This document shows, one piece after another, positions 46,329 through 55,720 of a stretch of DNA of 64,000 nt. Origin of the DNA: Candidatus Dojkabacteria bacterium (GTDB lineage Bacteria > Patescibacteriota > Dojkabacteria > J137); assembly GCA_025993875.1 (NCBI GenBank), contig JAMQHH010000014.1, positions 8,009-72,008 on the forward strand, given 5' to 3'. A program made the translations under genes and the position numbers. The notes under the pieces were generated by a model, which had not been told where the DNA came from, did no database searches, and saw nothing but the letters and a program-made list of their open reading frames with translations. The first letter of the stretch is position 1. Every line of letters begins with the position of its first letter.

Positions 46329-47795
46329 CTATGTATAATTATCACTCCAATCATTTTGCATTAAAACAACGTCACCTTCTTTTAAAAATTTTCCAAAACT
46401 TGAATATGCCTCTTTGGCAGAATTGTAAATAACAATATTTTCGTGTTTAAATCCTTTAGAATTTAACCCCTCTTTGATGTAATCGCTCACACTGTTTTTT
46501 ATTAAGATTACAATATCACAAACAGAAGCAAGATCTTTTCCAATTTCTAAATGAATCTCTTTTTCTAGATAACCTGTTTCTACAAGCCCGGGAGTTATGT
46601 AGATTTTTCGCCTATTTTGGAATTGTTTTAAAACATCAATTCCTGCTTTAAACCCTGTGGAATTCCCATTATATGTATCGTCGATTATAACAATCTCGCC
46701 TTTTTTAACAACCTGCATTCTATGATCAAACGGCTTTAACTTAGAGATTCCTAGCCTGATTTGCGGAGTAGAAAGATTTAATGTATCTGCAATAATAACT
46801 GCTGCTGCAATATTGCCAATAATATAATAAGATACAAAAGGTACTTTTATTCCTGTTAATTCTGTTTTTTGAACAGTTAGATCAAAAGACAACCCATTAC
46901 CATTCTGATCAAATAACAAATTCTCTAAAAAAATCTGATTATTTTTATCGGTATCTGATGAATAAAATAGCACCTTTTGATCTGACTTAATAAATCTCTG
47001 GTAACTATCTAAAATGAGCTTATCATCTCCATTTAAAACAACTGTATGGGCAGTATCAACTATTTCAAATTTGGTATCAATTGCATTTTGCATAGTTTTG
47101 TATCTTTCCAGATGAGCTTCGTTTATTCCGGTAATAACTGCAATTTCGGGAGGAGCAATTTGACAGAGCTTTAATACATCTCCTTTTACATATTCGCCCA
47201 TTTCGACAACAAAAACCTCTGTATTCGATTTTAATTTGTTAATAATAGTATTAGAAATTCCAAGGGGGGTATTGTTGTTGCCTTCAGTTTTAACTACTTT
47301 ATATTTTTCCGAAAGAATTCCGGCAATTGTTTCTTTTGTTGTAGTTTTTCCATAACTTCCTGTTACTCCAATTATAATGAGTCCGTTTTTTTTAAGTTCC
47401 AAAATTTTTTGCTTGGCTTTGTTAATTCGTTTTTGTTTTATTACAAATTCTACCGGAAAAAGTAGATCTGCCGATTGAATAATTACAATATAGCTATTTA
47501 TTGAGAGAAGATAAAAAAATAATATCCATAATATTATTCCTGCCCAGATTGATAGTTCAACACCATAAAGAAAAATAAATACAATAAAACTGCTCCAGAA
47601 AATTTGCATACTCAGAGCTGTTAAAAAAATTACTTTGGCTTTAGTTGTCCAGTCAAATTTTTTTCTAAAATCGTCTTTAGGTATAAGACCCTTTTTAAAA
47701 ACAGCTTTTAAAAACCTTTCGGCTATATACTCTTCCAGTTGAAAAATATGTAGCTGGTAAAGTAAAATTTTAAAGGGGATAAATCTTTTAATCAT
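46329..47795 (-). CDS. murF: Mur-ligase family protein (MurF-like) with an about 100-aa N-terminal membrane-spanning extension
   Basis: 488 aa. The Mur ligase P-loop IIGVTGSYGKTTTKE plus central and C-terminal Mur ligase domains are present. The first about 100 residues contain 2-3 hydrophobic helices (ILLYQLHIF..., FLTALSMQIFWSSFIVFIFLYGVELSIWAGIILWILFFYLL). Confidence 0.65.
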   Translation of the reverse strand: MIKRFIPFKILLYQLHIFQLEEYIAERFLKAVFKKGLIPKDDFRKKFDWTTKAKVIFLTALSMQIFWSSFIVFIFLYGVELSIWAGIILWILFFYLLSINSYIVIIQSADLLFPVEFVIKQKRINKAKQKILELKKNGLIIIGVTGSYGKTTTKETIAGILSEKYKVVKTEGNNNTPLGISNTIINKLKSNTEVFVVEMGEYVKGDVLKLCQIAPPEIAVITGINEAHLERYKTMQNAIDTKFEIVDTAHTVVLNGDDKLILDSYQRFIKSDQKVLFYSSDTDKNNQIFLENLLFDQNGNGLSFDLTVQKTELTGIKVPFVSYYIIGNIAAAVIIADTLNLSTPQIRLGISKLKPFDHRMQVVKKGEIVIIDDTYNGNSTGFKAGIDVLKQFQNRRKIYITPGLVETGYLEKEIHLEIGKDLASVCDIVILIKNSVSDYIKEGLNSKGFKHENIVIYNSAKEAYSSFGKFLKEGDVVLMQNDWSDNYT

Positions 47796-47811
47796 ACAAA
47801 AAGTATAATTT

Positions 47812-48432
47812 ATGGAAACAGCTTACGCAATTAAAAAATATAAGTTAGTTAATACAATTTTACATCAATATTTTAAAAATAGAGTAAATGTTTTGGATGT
47901 TGGCTGTGCAACAGGAGAAATTACCGATTATCTTACAGACATAAATTATACAGGAATAGATATTGATAAAAGTAATATTTTAGAGATGAAAAAGCGAAAT
48001 CTGAAGGTAATTGAAGTTGATTTAAGTAAAGAGATTCCTAAAATTAGTAAGAAATTTAATGTAATTTTAATGCTGGATATATTAGAACATCTTCAAAACC
48101 CCGCAACTGTTATAGAAAATTCAAAAAATCTTTTGGAAAAGGAGGGCATTTTATTAATAAGCCTTCCGAACGATTACAACTTTTTTAACAAAATTCGATT
48201 TCTTTTAAATAAAAATATAAACTGGGATCCATTTGATCCGTACGGACATTTACACATTTTCCCGATAAAAACCGGAGAAATGTTTTTAGAACAAACCGGT
48301 ATAAAAATTGTGCAAAGCTTTTTTTTGGAGTCAACTAAACCCGCGTTTTTAGGAAAACATATTTTAAAACTTCTTTCTAAAATAAGCCCTAATAACTTTA
48401 GCCGAGGGGTATTATATATTTGCAAAATATGA
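47812..48432 (+). CDS. Class I SAM-dependent methyltransferase
   Basis: 206 aa. Motif I VLDVGCATGEI, and motif II/III regions (ILMLDILEHL). Confidence 0.6.
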   Translation: METAYAIKKYKLVNTILHQYFKNRVNVLDVGCATGEITDYLTDINYTGIDIDKSNILEMKKRNLKVIEVDLSKEIPKISKKFNVILMLDILEHLQNPATVIENSKNLLEKEGILLISLPNDYNFFNKIRFLLNKNINWDPFDPYGHLHIFPIKTGEMFLEQTGIKIVQSFFLESTKPAFLGKHILKLLSKISPNNFSRGVLYICKI

Positions 48433-48998
48433 AAATTTACACAAAAACCGGTGATAAAGGTGAAACAGGTTTTATTGGCGGAAGAGCTTCTAAATCGAAT
48501 CTTCTATTTGATGTTTTAGGGACACTGGACGAGTTAAATTCGGTACTTGGTATAGCTGTTTCAAAGGCTAATGCAATAGAAGAACTTAAAAATATGATGT
48601 TAAAAATTCAGTCTGCTATCTTAACAATAGGAGGATTTTTTGCAGGTAGTGAATTTACTTATAATTTAAAAAACGAAGTCAATGTTTTGGAACAAAGCAT
48701 TGACTTAATGGAAAAAGATTTAGAACCACTAAAAAATTTTATTCTTCCTGGCAGTAGCAATCTTGGTGCATATTTGCACTATGCTCGCTCAATTTGTAGA
48801 AGAGCCGAAAGGTCAATTATTATATTTGAAGGTTCAAATGATTTAAATGTTTTAAGAAAAACAGGCTATAACCCTCAAAACATTTTATTTAGTGAGGTAA
48901 AAATTTATATAAACAGGCTTTCGGATTGGCTCTTTGTTGCTGCAAGGTGGGAAAATAAAAAAAGAGGTGTAAAAGAGACGTTATGGAATGTTGGGTAA
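48420..48998 (+). CDS. ATP:cob(I)alamin adenosyltransferase, PduO/MMAB type
   Basis: 192 aa. MKIYTKTGDKGETGFIGGRASKSNLLFDVLGTLDELNSVLG matches the PduO-type N-terminus (IYTRTGDKGETSL...R..K.....EA.G..DEL). Confidence 0.75.
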   Translation: MQNMKIYTKTGDKGETGFIGGRASKSNLLFDVLGTLDELNSVLGIAVSKANAIEELKNMMLKIQSAILTIGGFFAGSEFTYNLKNEVNVLEQSIDLMEKDLEPLKNFILPGSSNLGAYLHYARSICRRAERSIIIFEGSNDLNVLRKTGYNPQNILFSEVKIYINRLSDWLFVAARWENKKRGVKETLWNVG

Positions 48999-49595
48999 TT
49001 TTGTTAGCTTAAGTAAACTAAGCATTAATCCTCTTCTTGAAATAATTTCTACGTTAAATCCAAGACGTTGCAGAAAAATTTCAGATACATAAACAGTGTA
49101 TTCTGTATTGTCTTCTATAGCTTTTAAAGTGAAGTGATAATAATGATCACCATCCATGGTTGTAAAAAAAACCTTACAAAGTATTAAAGCCGTTCCGCCC
49201 GGCTTAAGGATTCTAAAAAGCTCAGAAAGCTCCATATTCTTTTCTTCGTTAATCTCTTTAAATCCGTAAAATAGAAATGCATATGTGGAAATAGCCAAAT
49301 CAACAAAGTTACTCGGCAAAGCAATCCCTTTGAACATACATTCAATTTGATATCCGCTACGCGCTACATTTCTTACAGGAAAACCGTCTATTCCCAGTAC
49401 TGTTGTTTGTGGATACAATGTGGTACATTGCTCTACAAATTTACCGTCTCCGCATCCCAAGTCTAAAACAAATCTGGAATTTTCCAATAACTCTCGGAGG
49501 GGTTCACCCAACAACTCAGAGACTATTCGAAAATTTCTCCATCTTGTTTTTCCCATAAAAGGATTTTTACTATTTGGATGTATTTCCGGTTTCAC
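48981..49595 (-). CDS. Class I SAM-dependent methyltransferase
   Basis: 204 aa. Motif I VLDLGCGDGKF. There is an 18-nt convergent overlap with the PduO-type gene. Confidence 0.6.
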   Translation of the reverse strand: MKPEIHPNSKNPFMGKTRWRNFRIVSELLGEPLRELLENSRFVLDLGCGDGKFVEQCTTLYPQTTVLGIDGFPVRNVARSGYQIECMFKGIALPSNFVDLAISTYAFLFYGFKEINEEKNMELSELFRILKPGGTALILCKVFFTTMDGDHYYHFTLKAIEDNTEYTVYVSEIFLQRLGFNVEIISRRGLMLSLLKLTKLPNIP

Positions 49596-49657
49596 AAATC
49601 AATAGAAAATTGATAATATTCTTAATAGTTTTTGATTTTATTTTAATCTAACAAATT

Positions 49658-51193
49658 ATGCAAGACACAAATAATATTCAATCTTCTGATTTAAAAGGTC
49701 AAAGAGCTTTACGTATTGAAAAATTAAAAAAATTACGAAGTCTTGGAATTGATCCGTATCCCGCCAGAACTTACCGAACAAACTCTAACCGTGAAATTGT
49801 AGAAGGCTTTGATAAATTTGAAAACAAAGAGGTAGTTTTGGTTGGAAGGTTACATAATTTCAGAATTCACGGAAAGCTTATTTTTGCGGATCTATACGAT
49901 GATTCGGGTAAAATTCAAATCTATGTTAAAGAAGATGAACTGAAGCCCACACAAATTATTGATAAAGAGAAACAGACATTAGGCTTTGCTGATTTAAATC
50001 TAACTGATATCGGCGATTTTGTAGAGGTTAAAGGGATAATTACCAAAACTCAAAGAGGCGAAATATCAATTCTTACCCACGAATTTAGACTTTTAGCCAA
50101 AGCGTTAAGACCACTTCCTGTAAAACTGGAAGATAAAGAAGAGCGTTTTAGAAGAAGATATGTAGATATGGCAGTAAATACTGAAGTTAGAGAAAGAATG
50201 AAAAGAAGATCTCTCTTTTGGCAGGCACATAGAGAATTTCTAAACAGTAAAGGCTTTTGCGAGGTTAACATTCCTGTTTTGGAACACGTTCCTGGCGGTG
50301 GTGATGCCGTACCTTTTACTACGCACATGAATGCTATAGGTGAAGACTTTTTTTTACGAATTTCACACGAGCTTCCTTTAAAAAGATTAATTGGAGGTGG
50401 TTTCGAAAAAGTGTACGATATAGGTGCCCGTTTTAGAAATGAAGGATTATCAGACGAACATTTGCCTGAACATGTAGCAATGGAATTTTACTGGGCATAT
50501 GCCGACTGGCAAGCTGGAATGAAACTTGTCCAAGAATTAAATAGCTATATTATTGATAAAGTTTATGCCGGCAAAAAGAAGTTTCAGATTAGAGAATTTG
50601 AGGTAGATTTTTCCCACGACTGGGAGGTAATAGATTTTAATGAGGTCTTTAAAAAAACTTACGGTGTTTCGGATGTTTATAATATCACATTAGATGATGT
50701 AAAGGAGCTTTTAACAAAGCATGGAATAAAATTTGAGCGAAGCATAAATGTTGCAAGAGGAGTAGACGCGCTCTGGAAAAAAATTAGAAAAACAATAGCA
50801 GGGCCGGCGTTTCTAATAAATCACCCTAAATTTTTATCGCCACTTCAAAAACCAAGTTTGGATAATCCTAATATGGTCGAAAGATTTCAACCAATTATTG
50901 CAGGTAGCGAATGTGGTAATGGGTGGAGTGAAGTTAACGATGCTATAGATCAGTTTGACAGATTTTTGGAGCAGCAAAAATTAAGAGATTCCGGAGATGC
51001 AGAAGCTCAATGGCTAGATATCGATTACGTAGAGATGCTCGAATACGGCATGCCACCAACATTTGGCTATGGCCATGCAGAAAGAAATTTTTGGTTTTTG
51101 GAAAATGTAACTGCCAGAGAGGGAGTTCCTTTTCCTCAGTTAAAAATGGAAATTGATGAATTAACAAAAGAGATTTATCCTGAAGCGTTTTAA
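49658..51193 (+). CDS. lysS: Lysyl-tRNA synthetase, class II
   Basis: 511 aa. An N-terminal OB anticodon-binding domain, then the class II motifs (FRNEGLSDEHLPEHVAMEFYWAY, GGGFEKVYDIGARFRNE). Confidence 0.9.
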   Translation: MQDTNNIQSSDLKGQRALRIEKLKKLRSLGIDPYPARTYRTNSNREIVEGFDKFENKEVVLVGRLHNFRIHGKLIFADLYDDSGKIQIYVKEDELKPTQIIDKEKQTLGFADLNLTDIGDFVEVKGIITKTQRGEISILTHEFRLLAKALRPLPVKLEDKEERFRRRYVDMAVNTEVRERMKRRSLFWQAHREFLNSKGFCEVNIPVLEHVPGGGDAVPFTTHMNAIGEDFFLRISHELPLKRLIGGGFEKVYDIGARFRNEGLSDEHLPEHVAMEFYWAYADWQAGMKLVQELNSYIIDKVYAGKKKFQIREFEVDFSHDWEVIDFNEVFKKTYGVSDVYNITLDDVKELLTKHGIKFERSINVARGVDALWKKIRKTIAGPAFLINHPKFLSPLQKPSLDNPNMVERFQPIIAGSECGNGWSEVNDAIDQFDRFLEQQKLRDSGDAEAQWLDIDYVEMLEYGMPPTFGYGHAERNFWFLENVTAREGVPFPQLKMEIDELTKEIYPEAF

Positions 51194-51398
51194 AAAATAT
51201 TAAAAACAGAAATATTTATAAATTTATTACTCTGAAAATATTCGAAATAATATTGTGTGGGTAAATAAAAAGCTTAGTAAAACTAGGTATGATTACAATA
51301 GCCTGGAATTATATTTTTTGTAACGATTTGCACTAAACACAAGAAAAATTTGTGGTATATTTATTTTACTCAGAATTTATTAATTTACCTTTACAAAT

Positions 51399-51968
51399 AT
51401 GCTTCCAAATCGTGAACAGGCACAAAGCCTTTTAACCCAACATGTAAAAGATAATTACCAAATTACACATTCCAACATGGTAGCTTTGGCAATGGAAGCA
51501 TGGGCCAAAAAGTTAAATCTAGATACTGAACTTTGGTATATAACCGGGCTTTTGCACGATATAGATTATTTTGAATTTCCTGCCGAGCATCCTAACCAAT
51601 CTTTAGCATGGTTTAAAGAGTGGGGATATCCCGAAGAATTGATTTCGGCCGTTTCGGAGCATGCGTTTATGCGAACAGGAGTGGAAGTTAAATCACTTTT
51701 GGGTTCTGCTTTAATTGCCTGCGATGAGCTTTCGGGCTTTATTTATGCGTACTCTCTAATGCGACCGGGTAAATTTGATGGTATGGACGCAACAGGTGTA
51801 AAGAAAAGGCTTAAGGATAAAGCATTTGCTGCAAAGATAGATAGAAGCGATATTGAATTAGGCATTTTTAAATTTGCAGAGCATTTAGGAAAAAATATAG
51901 AGGAGTTTAAAATAGAGCATATAAATTTGTTAATAGAGGTGTTTAAAAATCTTAAGCTGAATATATGA
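51399..51968 (+). CDS. HD-domain phosphohydrolase
   Basis: 189 aa with H...HD motif (HSNMVALAMEAW...GLLHDIDY). Its stop overlaps the start of the next ORF. Confidence 0.65.
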   Translation: MLPNREQAQSLLTQHVKDNYQITHSNMVALAMEAWAKKLNLDTELWYITGLLHDIDYFEFPAEHPNQSLAWFKEWGYPEELISAVSEHAFMRTGVEVKSLLGSALIACDELSGFIYAYSLMRPGKFDGMDATGVKKRLKDKAFAAKIDRSDIELGIFKFAEHLGKNIEEFKIEHINLLIEVFKNLKLNI

Positions 51969-52363
51969 TATTCAAGGAGACAAAGGATTTGCAACCTCAG
52001 CAAACTTTTTTCAGAGCTATGCAGGAAGCTTTTAGTGAATGCGTCGGAAGAAAAAAAAATACATGTTTTGTTAAATACTATATTGACCAAAACCAGGGCA
52101 TTGTATATTTTTTCGCTGAAAATTTTGTTCATAGTGTTTTGCACAGAAAACAAATTATAAGCGAATATTCACCAACACAGGTTCCAGATATAAATTTACA
52201 GGGTAACCTAATAATTACAAAAGATGAAAATGGAGAGTTCCGGCTTTTTGTCCCGGTTTTTCAAGTTAATCATTATTTTACAAGGGTAAACTCAATACTT
52301 TTAAGTAAGCTTGCTAATGGTTTTACCTTCGAGTATTTGCCATATAGGAGGTTGCAAGGCTAA
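51965..52363 (+). CDS. Hypothetical protein
   Basis: 132 aa. Translationally coupled to the HD-domain gene (ATGA overlap). Confidence 0.4.
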   Translation: MIFKETKDLQPQQTFFRAMQEAFSECVGRKKNTCFVKYYIDQNQGIVYFFAENFVHSVLHRKQIISEYSPTQVPDINLQGNLIITKDENGEFRLFVPVFQVNHYFTRVNSILLSKLANGFTFEYLPYRRLQG

Positions 52364-52468
52364 TAGCCTATATCAGCAATTTCTTAACATACAGACAAAA
52401 GGGCGTTTGCTTAAATATATTAGGTATCTTTTTCTTAGAAAATAATTGCAATCTGCAAAAAAATTTAA

Positions 52469-52729
52469 CTACTGCTCTAAATTTTCTAAAACATCGACTA
52501 GTCGGTTTAGATTATTTGTAGGGGCATATTCTTTATCCAAAAAATTACAAATTACACTCGTTATTTCTAAAACCTGCTGGTCGGTGAGATTACTAATTTT
52601 TAACTCGTATTGACATAACAAGTTAGCCAGAATATTAATGCATTTTGCAAATTTTTCACTGGCATCTGTTATATCAACTGTTTCTGAAAATATTTTCATT
52701 TCTAAAATTTCGATAAACTCTGAAATCAT
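52469..52729 (-). CDS. Hypothetical small protein
   Basis: 86 aa ORF divergent from the ATPase-wHTH gene. No motif. Confidence 0.3.
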   Translation of the reverse strand: MISEFIEILEMKIFSETVDITDASEKFAKCINILANLLCQYELKISNLTDQQVLEITSVICNFLDKEYAPTNNLNRLVDVLENLEQ

Positions 52730-52843
52730 ATATTTAGTTTAAAAATTCATACAAAATTTTACTGTTATCAATAAATAATATCTTGATCCAACAGGTATAA
52801 ATATAGTACAATTACCTGACAAAAATATAATTCTGATAATATT

Positions 52844-54004
52844 ATGATAATTAATGAAGACATAAATACAGAAAAAATTTTACGATCAATAGTATATGGT
52901 ACTTGTTTAACTGTTTTCGGGGTTTCCGGAATGGGTAAATCAAAGATACTAAGGGATTTACTTGCTAAAAGTGAGATAGCTAATTTTGTATATTTGGATT
53001 TACATTCGTTATTTGCATTAGATGAAAACTCAATAATTGTACAGTTTGCTATTGAATTGCTAAATAACCTGACATTAAAAAAAATAATAAGCGAATCAGA
53101 ATGTAAGAACTTTATTGCAATTTTTCAGGCAAATTTACATTTACAGCTTCATTTGAATACGTTAAACACAATAATTAGCTTGCTGCCCGAAAATACCTTT
53201 TTAATCCTAGACCATTTTGAAAAAGTCTTTAACAACATTGAAAAAATAAATACCGATCTTTTTAAGTACATAAGGGATATAAATAAAGGCAAAATACAAT
53301 ATATCTTTGCAATTGGAGACATAAATACTTTGTTTTTGTTAAATCAAAAAAACTTTGGTTCGCTTACAGATTTAGTAAGCCAGAAGATAATATTCTTAAG
53401 TATCTCTAGTAAAGGAGATGAAAGTAAAATCGCTAATCTCATTAACAAAGGTTATGCTCCAAAAGAAATTGAAAGAGTTTCTGGTAACTTTAATGCTTAT
53501 ACGAAAGTTTTAAATTCTTTTGGGACATTGGAAACCAGTAAGCCACTTTCTAGGGAACTAAAAATAGTCTCGCAAAGGCTGCTAAATTCTTTAGCCTTTG
53601 AACAAATTGAGATTTTAAAAATGATAGCGAAAAAGGAGAAAATAGATACAACTAATAATAATGTAAAAATATTACTGCAGCTTGGTGTTATTGATAAAAA
53701 CTTTAAAATCAGACTTCCTATTTTAGAAATTTATTTAATGGAAGATATTGAAAAAAACGGCTACACAAATGATCAATCGCTTACCAAAAACGAGGATTTA
53801 ATTTACTCCCTTTTACTGAAAAATAAAAATGAAATTGTTTCGAAGGAAGAGATAGCAAAAACTATATGGGGGAACTCGGTTCAAAATAAATATTCTGATT
53901 GGGCAATAGATCAAACTTTAAAGAGGCTAAGAGTAAAATTAAAAAAAATAAATCCTGATATAAGAATCGAAACCAAAAGAGGAAGAGGTTTGGTTTTAAG
54001 GTAG
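52844..54004 (+). CDS. P-loop NTPase fused to a C-terminal OmpR/PhoB-type winged-helix DNA-binding domain
   Basis: 386 aa. Walker A VFGVSGMGKSKIL, a Walker B-like FLILDHFE, and a C-terminal SKEEIAKTIWG...DQTLKRLRVKL...ETKRGRGLVL typical of the Trans_reg_C domain. Confidence 0.55.
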   Translation: MIINEDINTEKILRSIVYGTCLTVFGVSGMGKSKILRDLLAKSEIANFVYLDLHSLFALDENSIIVQFAIELLNNLTLKKIISESECKNFIAIFQANLHLQLHLNTLNTIISLLPENTFLILDHFEKVFNNIEKINTDLFKYIRDINKGKIQYIFAIGDINTLFLLNQKNFGSLTDLVSQKIIFLSISSKGDESKIANLINKGYAPKEIERVSGNFNAYTKVLNSFGTLETSKPLSRELKIVSQRLLNSLAFEQIEILKMIAKKEKIDTTNNNVKILLQLGVIDKNFKIRLPILEIYLMEDIEKNGYTNDQSLTKNEDLIYSLLLKNKNEIVSKEEIAKTIWGNSVQNKYSDWAIDQTLKRLRVKLKKINPDIRIETKRGRGLVLR

Positions 54005-54008
54005 AAAT

Positions 54009-54800
54009 TTACTGCTCCCTTTCCACAATTCGTTGCACAAACAAAATTAGTTCTTTGGTTTGTCCGACTAGAGCGCTTATAACATCACTTGTAGGTAATA
54101 CAGCTAATTCTCTTAAGATCGATGTAAGCTCGGTAATAAGCTTTTTAAATGCTTGTCCGCTCTCTAGAACTTCTAGGTCGCTGTTTTCATCAAAATACCT
54201 AAACATTATATTGGCTTTACTAGCATCTTTTCTTCTAACAAAACTTATAAAAGCAATCAGTTCTGCCTTAACATCCAATGTTAGATTCCCGCATCTCAGT
54301 TGTATTGTTTGGTCTTCCGGTTTATGGTATTTTACTAAAGCAGTTTGAAATTGGTTCGAATAATTGGGCCAGTTTTCAAAATTTATTGTTTCTCTTTCCG
54401 CTAATTTTGGAGCTACATTTTGTTTTCTTTCTAAATATGCTCTTTCTTTTATAATGTTGTAAATTGTTTCTTTAAATAAATTTAAAAGATCTAAAAATTG
54501 CGTAAAACCCAATTTATTTTCCTCTCTAAATGTTTTGATCATGTTATCTAATTGTCCAATTTTGGTTGCTACATCTCGAAGTAGTCTATCTGTAACACTA
54601 TCTGGCTCAGTCTCAAATAGAGCCTTTAATCTTGTGATTAGTGTTAAAAGATCATTAATGTTGTTAGCTAATTTCGGAATATATGCGGAAACCACACTAA
54701 TTTGGTCATCCAGTTTTTTAAAATTATCACCAAGATAGCTTAAAATATTTGCAATTGCTGTAAGGCATTTATCTTTAGTTGTAAGTTTTTCTGTTTCCAT
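54009..54800 (-). CDS. Hypothetical protein, paralog A of a tandem pair
   Basis: 263 aa. Shares with the next gene the blocks WPNYSNQFQTAL / WPDYKQGFKNAL, then I.L..GN.T...ELI.(F/Y)I(S/A)F(V/I)R, and a similar N-terminal helical region. Confidence 0.45.
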   Translation of the reverse strand: METEKLTTKDKCLTAIANILSYLGDNFKKLDDQISVVSAYIPKLANNINDLLTLITRLKALFETEPDSVTDRLLRDVATKIGQLDNMIKTFREENKLGFTQFLDLLNLFKETIYNIIKERAYLERKQNVAPKLAERETINFENWPNYSNQFQTALVKYHKPEDQTIQLRCGNLTLDVKAELIAFISFVRRKDASKANIMFRYFDENSDLEVLESGQAFKKLITELTSILRELAVLPTSDVISALVGQTKELILFVQRIVEREQ

Positions 54801-54845
54801 AATTTTTAATTATAGAACTAACAAATGTATTTTATTCAAAAGCTT

Positions 54846-55661
54846 TTATTGTTCACCCTGTCGCTGTGGTGATAAAAATCTCTTTAACATTATAAGTTCC
54901 TGTGCGAGTGCACTTAATTCGTGGTCGCTTTCGAACATAAACTCAGTTAAACCAATTATTTGATTAATAAGATAGCTGGGATCCTCGTTAGAAATTTTTC
55001 GTTTTAGAGCACGCCAAAACGAGGTATAGTTGCCGTTAGCATATCTTAAAGTAATACCTCTAATAAAAGCAATGTATGTAATCAGTTCAATTGAAGCAGT
55101 AAATGTATTCTTCCCTATTTCGAGTGTTATTGGTGCAGGTTTTTCGCGTTTTATTGTGCTATCAAGTGCATTTTTAAAGCCTTGTTTATAATCCGGCCAT
55201 TTTCTCCAATCGGGTTCGGCCTCATTTTTATTATTAATATTTGTTAAATTTGGAATTGGTTCTGGATGGATAACCTGAAATATCCATAAATATACATTGC
55301 GTAAAATATTCAGAAATTTTGATAAAGAAGGGGGGTAACCCTGGTTTATTTCCGGTGCTACCGTATCCTTTAACATTGATTCGAAATCATCTATTTGCTT
55401 AATAAATTTAAATAGCGCACTTGAAGATAGACTTGCAAAATCCTGTTTTGTAACAGTACTGTGCAAAGCATTGATATTGTTTATTATTGCATTTAAATAT
55501 ATGTTTAGAATTTGGTTATTGGGCTCTATTGTTTTAAATTCACATTCTAATTGAGTTCTTTCACTCTCCAAAAAATCGGTAAAATTCTTGTAAAGTTCCT
55601 GTAATGAACATACATCCTCTTGCGTAGGGGTTGTTAATTCTTTAAGCTGTGTTTTCGGCAC
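54846..55661 (-). CDS. Hypothetical protein, paralog B of a tandem pair
   Basis: 271 aa. Co-linear similarity to 54009..54800 (see above). Confidence 0.45.
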   Translation of the reverse strand: MPKTQLKELTTPTQEDVCSLQELYKNFTDFLESERTQLECEFKTIEPNNQILNIYLNAIINNINALHSTVTKQDFASLSSSALFKFIKQIDDFESMLKDTVAPEINQGYPPSLSKFLNILRNVYLWIFQVIHPEPIPNLTNINNKNEAEPDWRKWPDYKQGFKNALDSTIKREKPAPITLEIGKNTFTASIELITYIAFIRGITLRYANGNYTSFWRALKRKISNEDPSYLINQIIGLTEFMFESDHELSALAQELIMLKRFLSPQRQGEQ

Positions 55662-55720
55662 AAATGCTATAATTAAAGGTTATTATAAACAAGTTACTTA
55701 ATTTTTTCACCTGCTATTAA

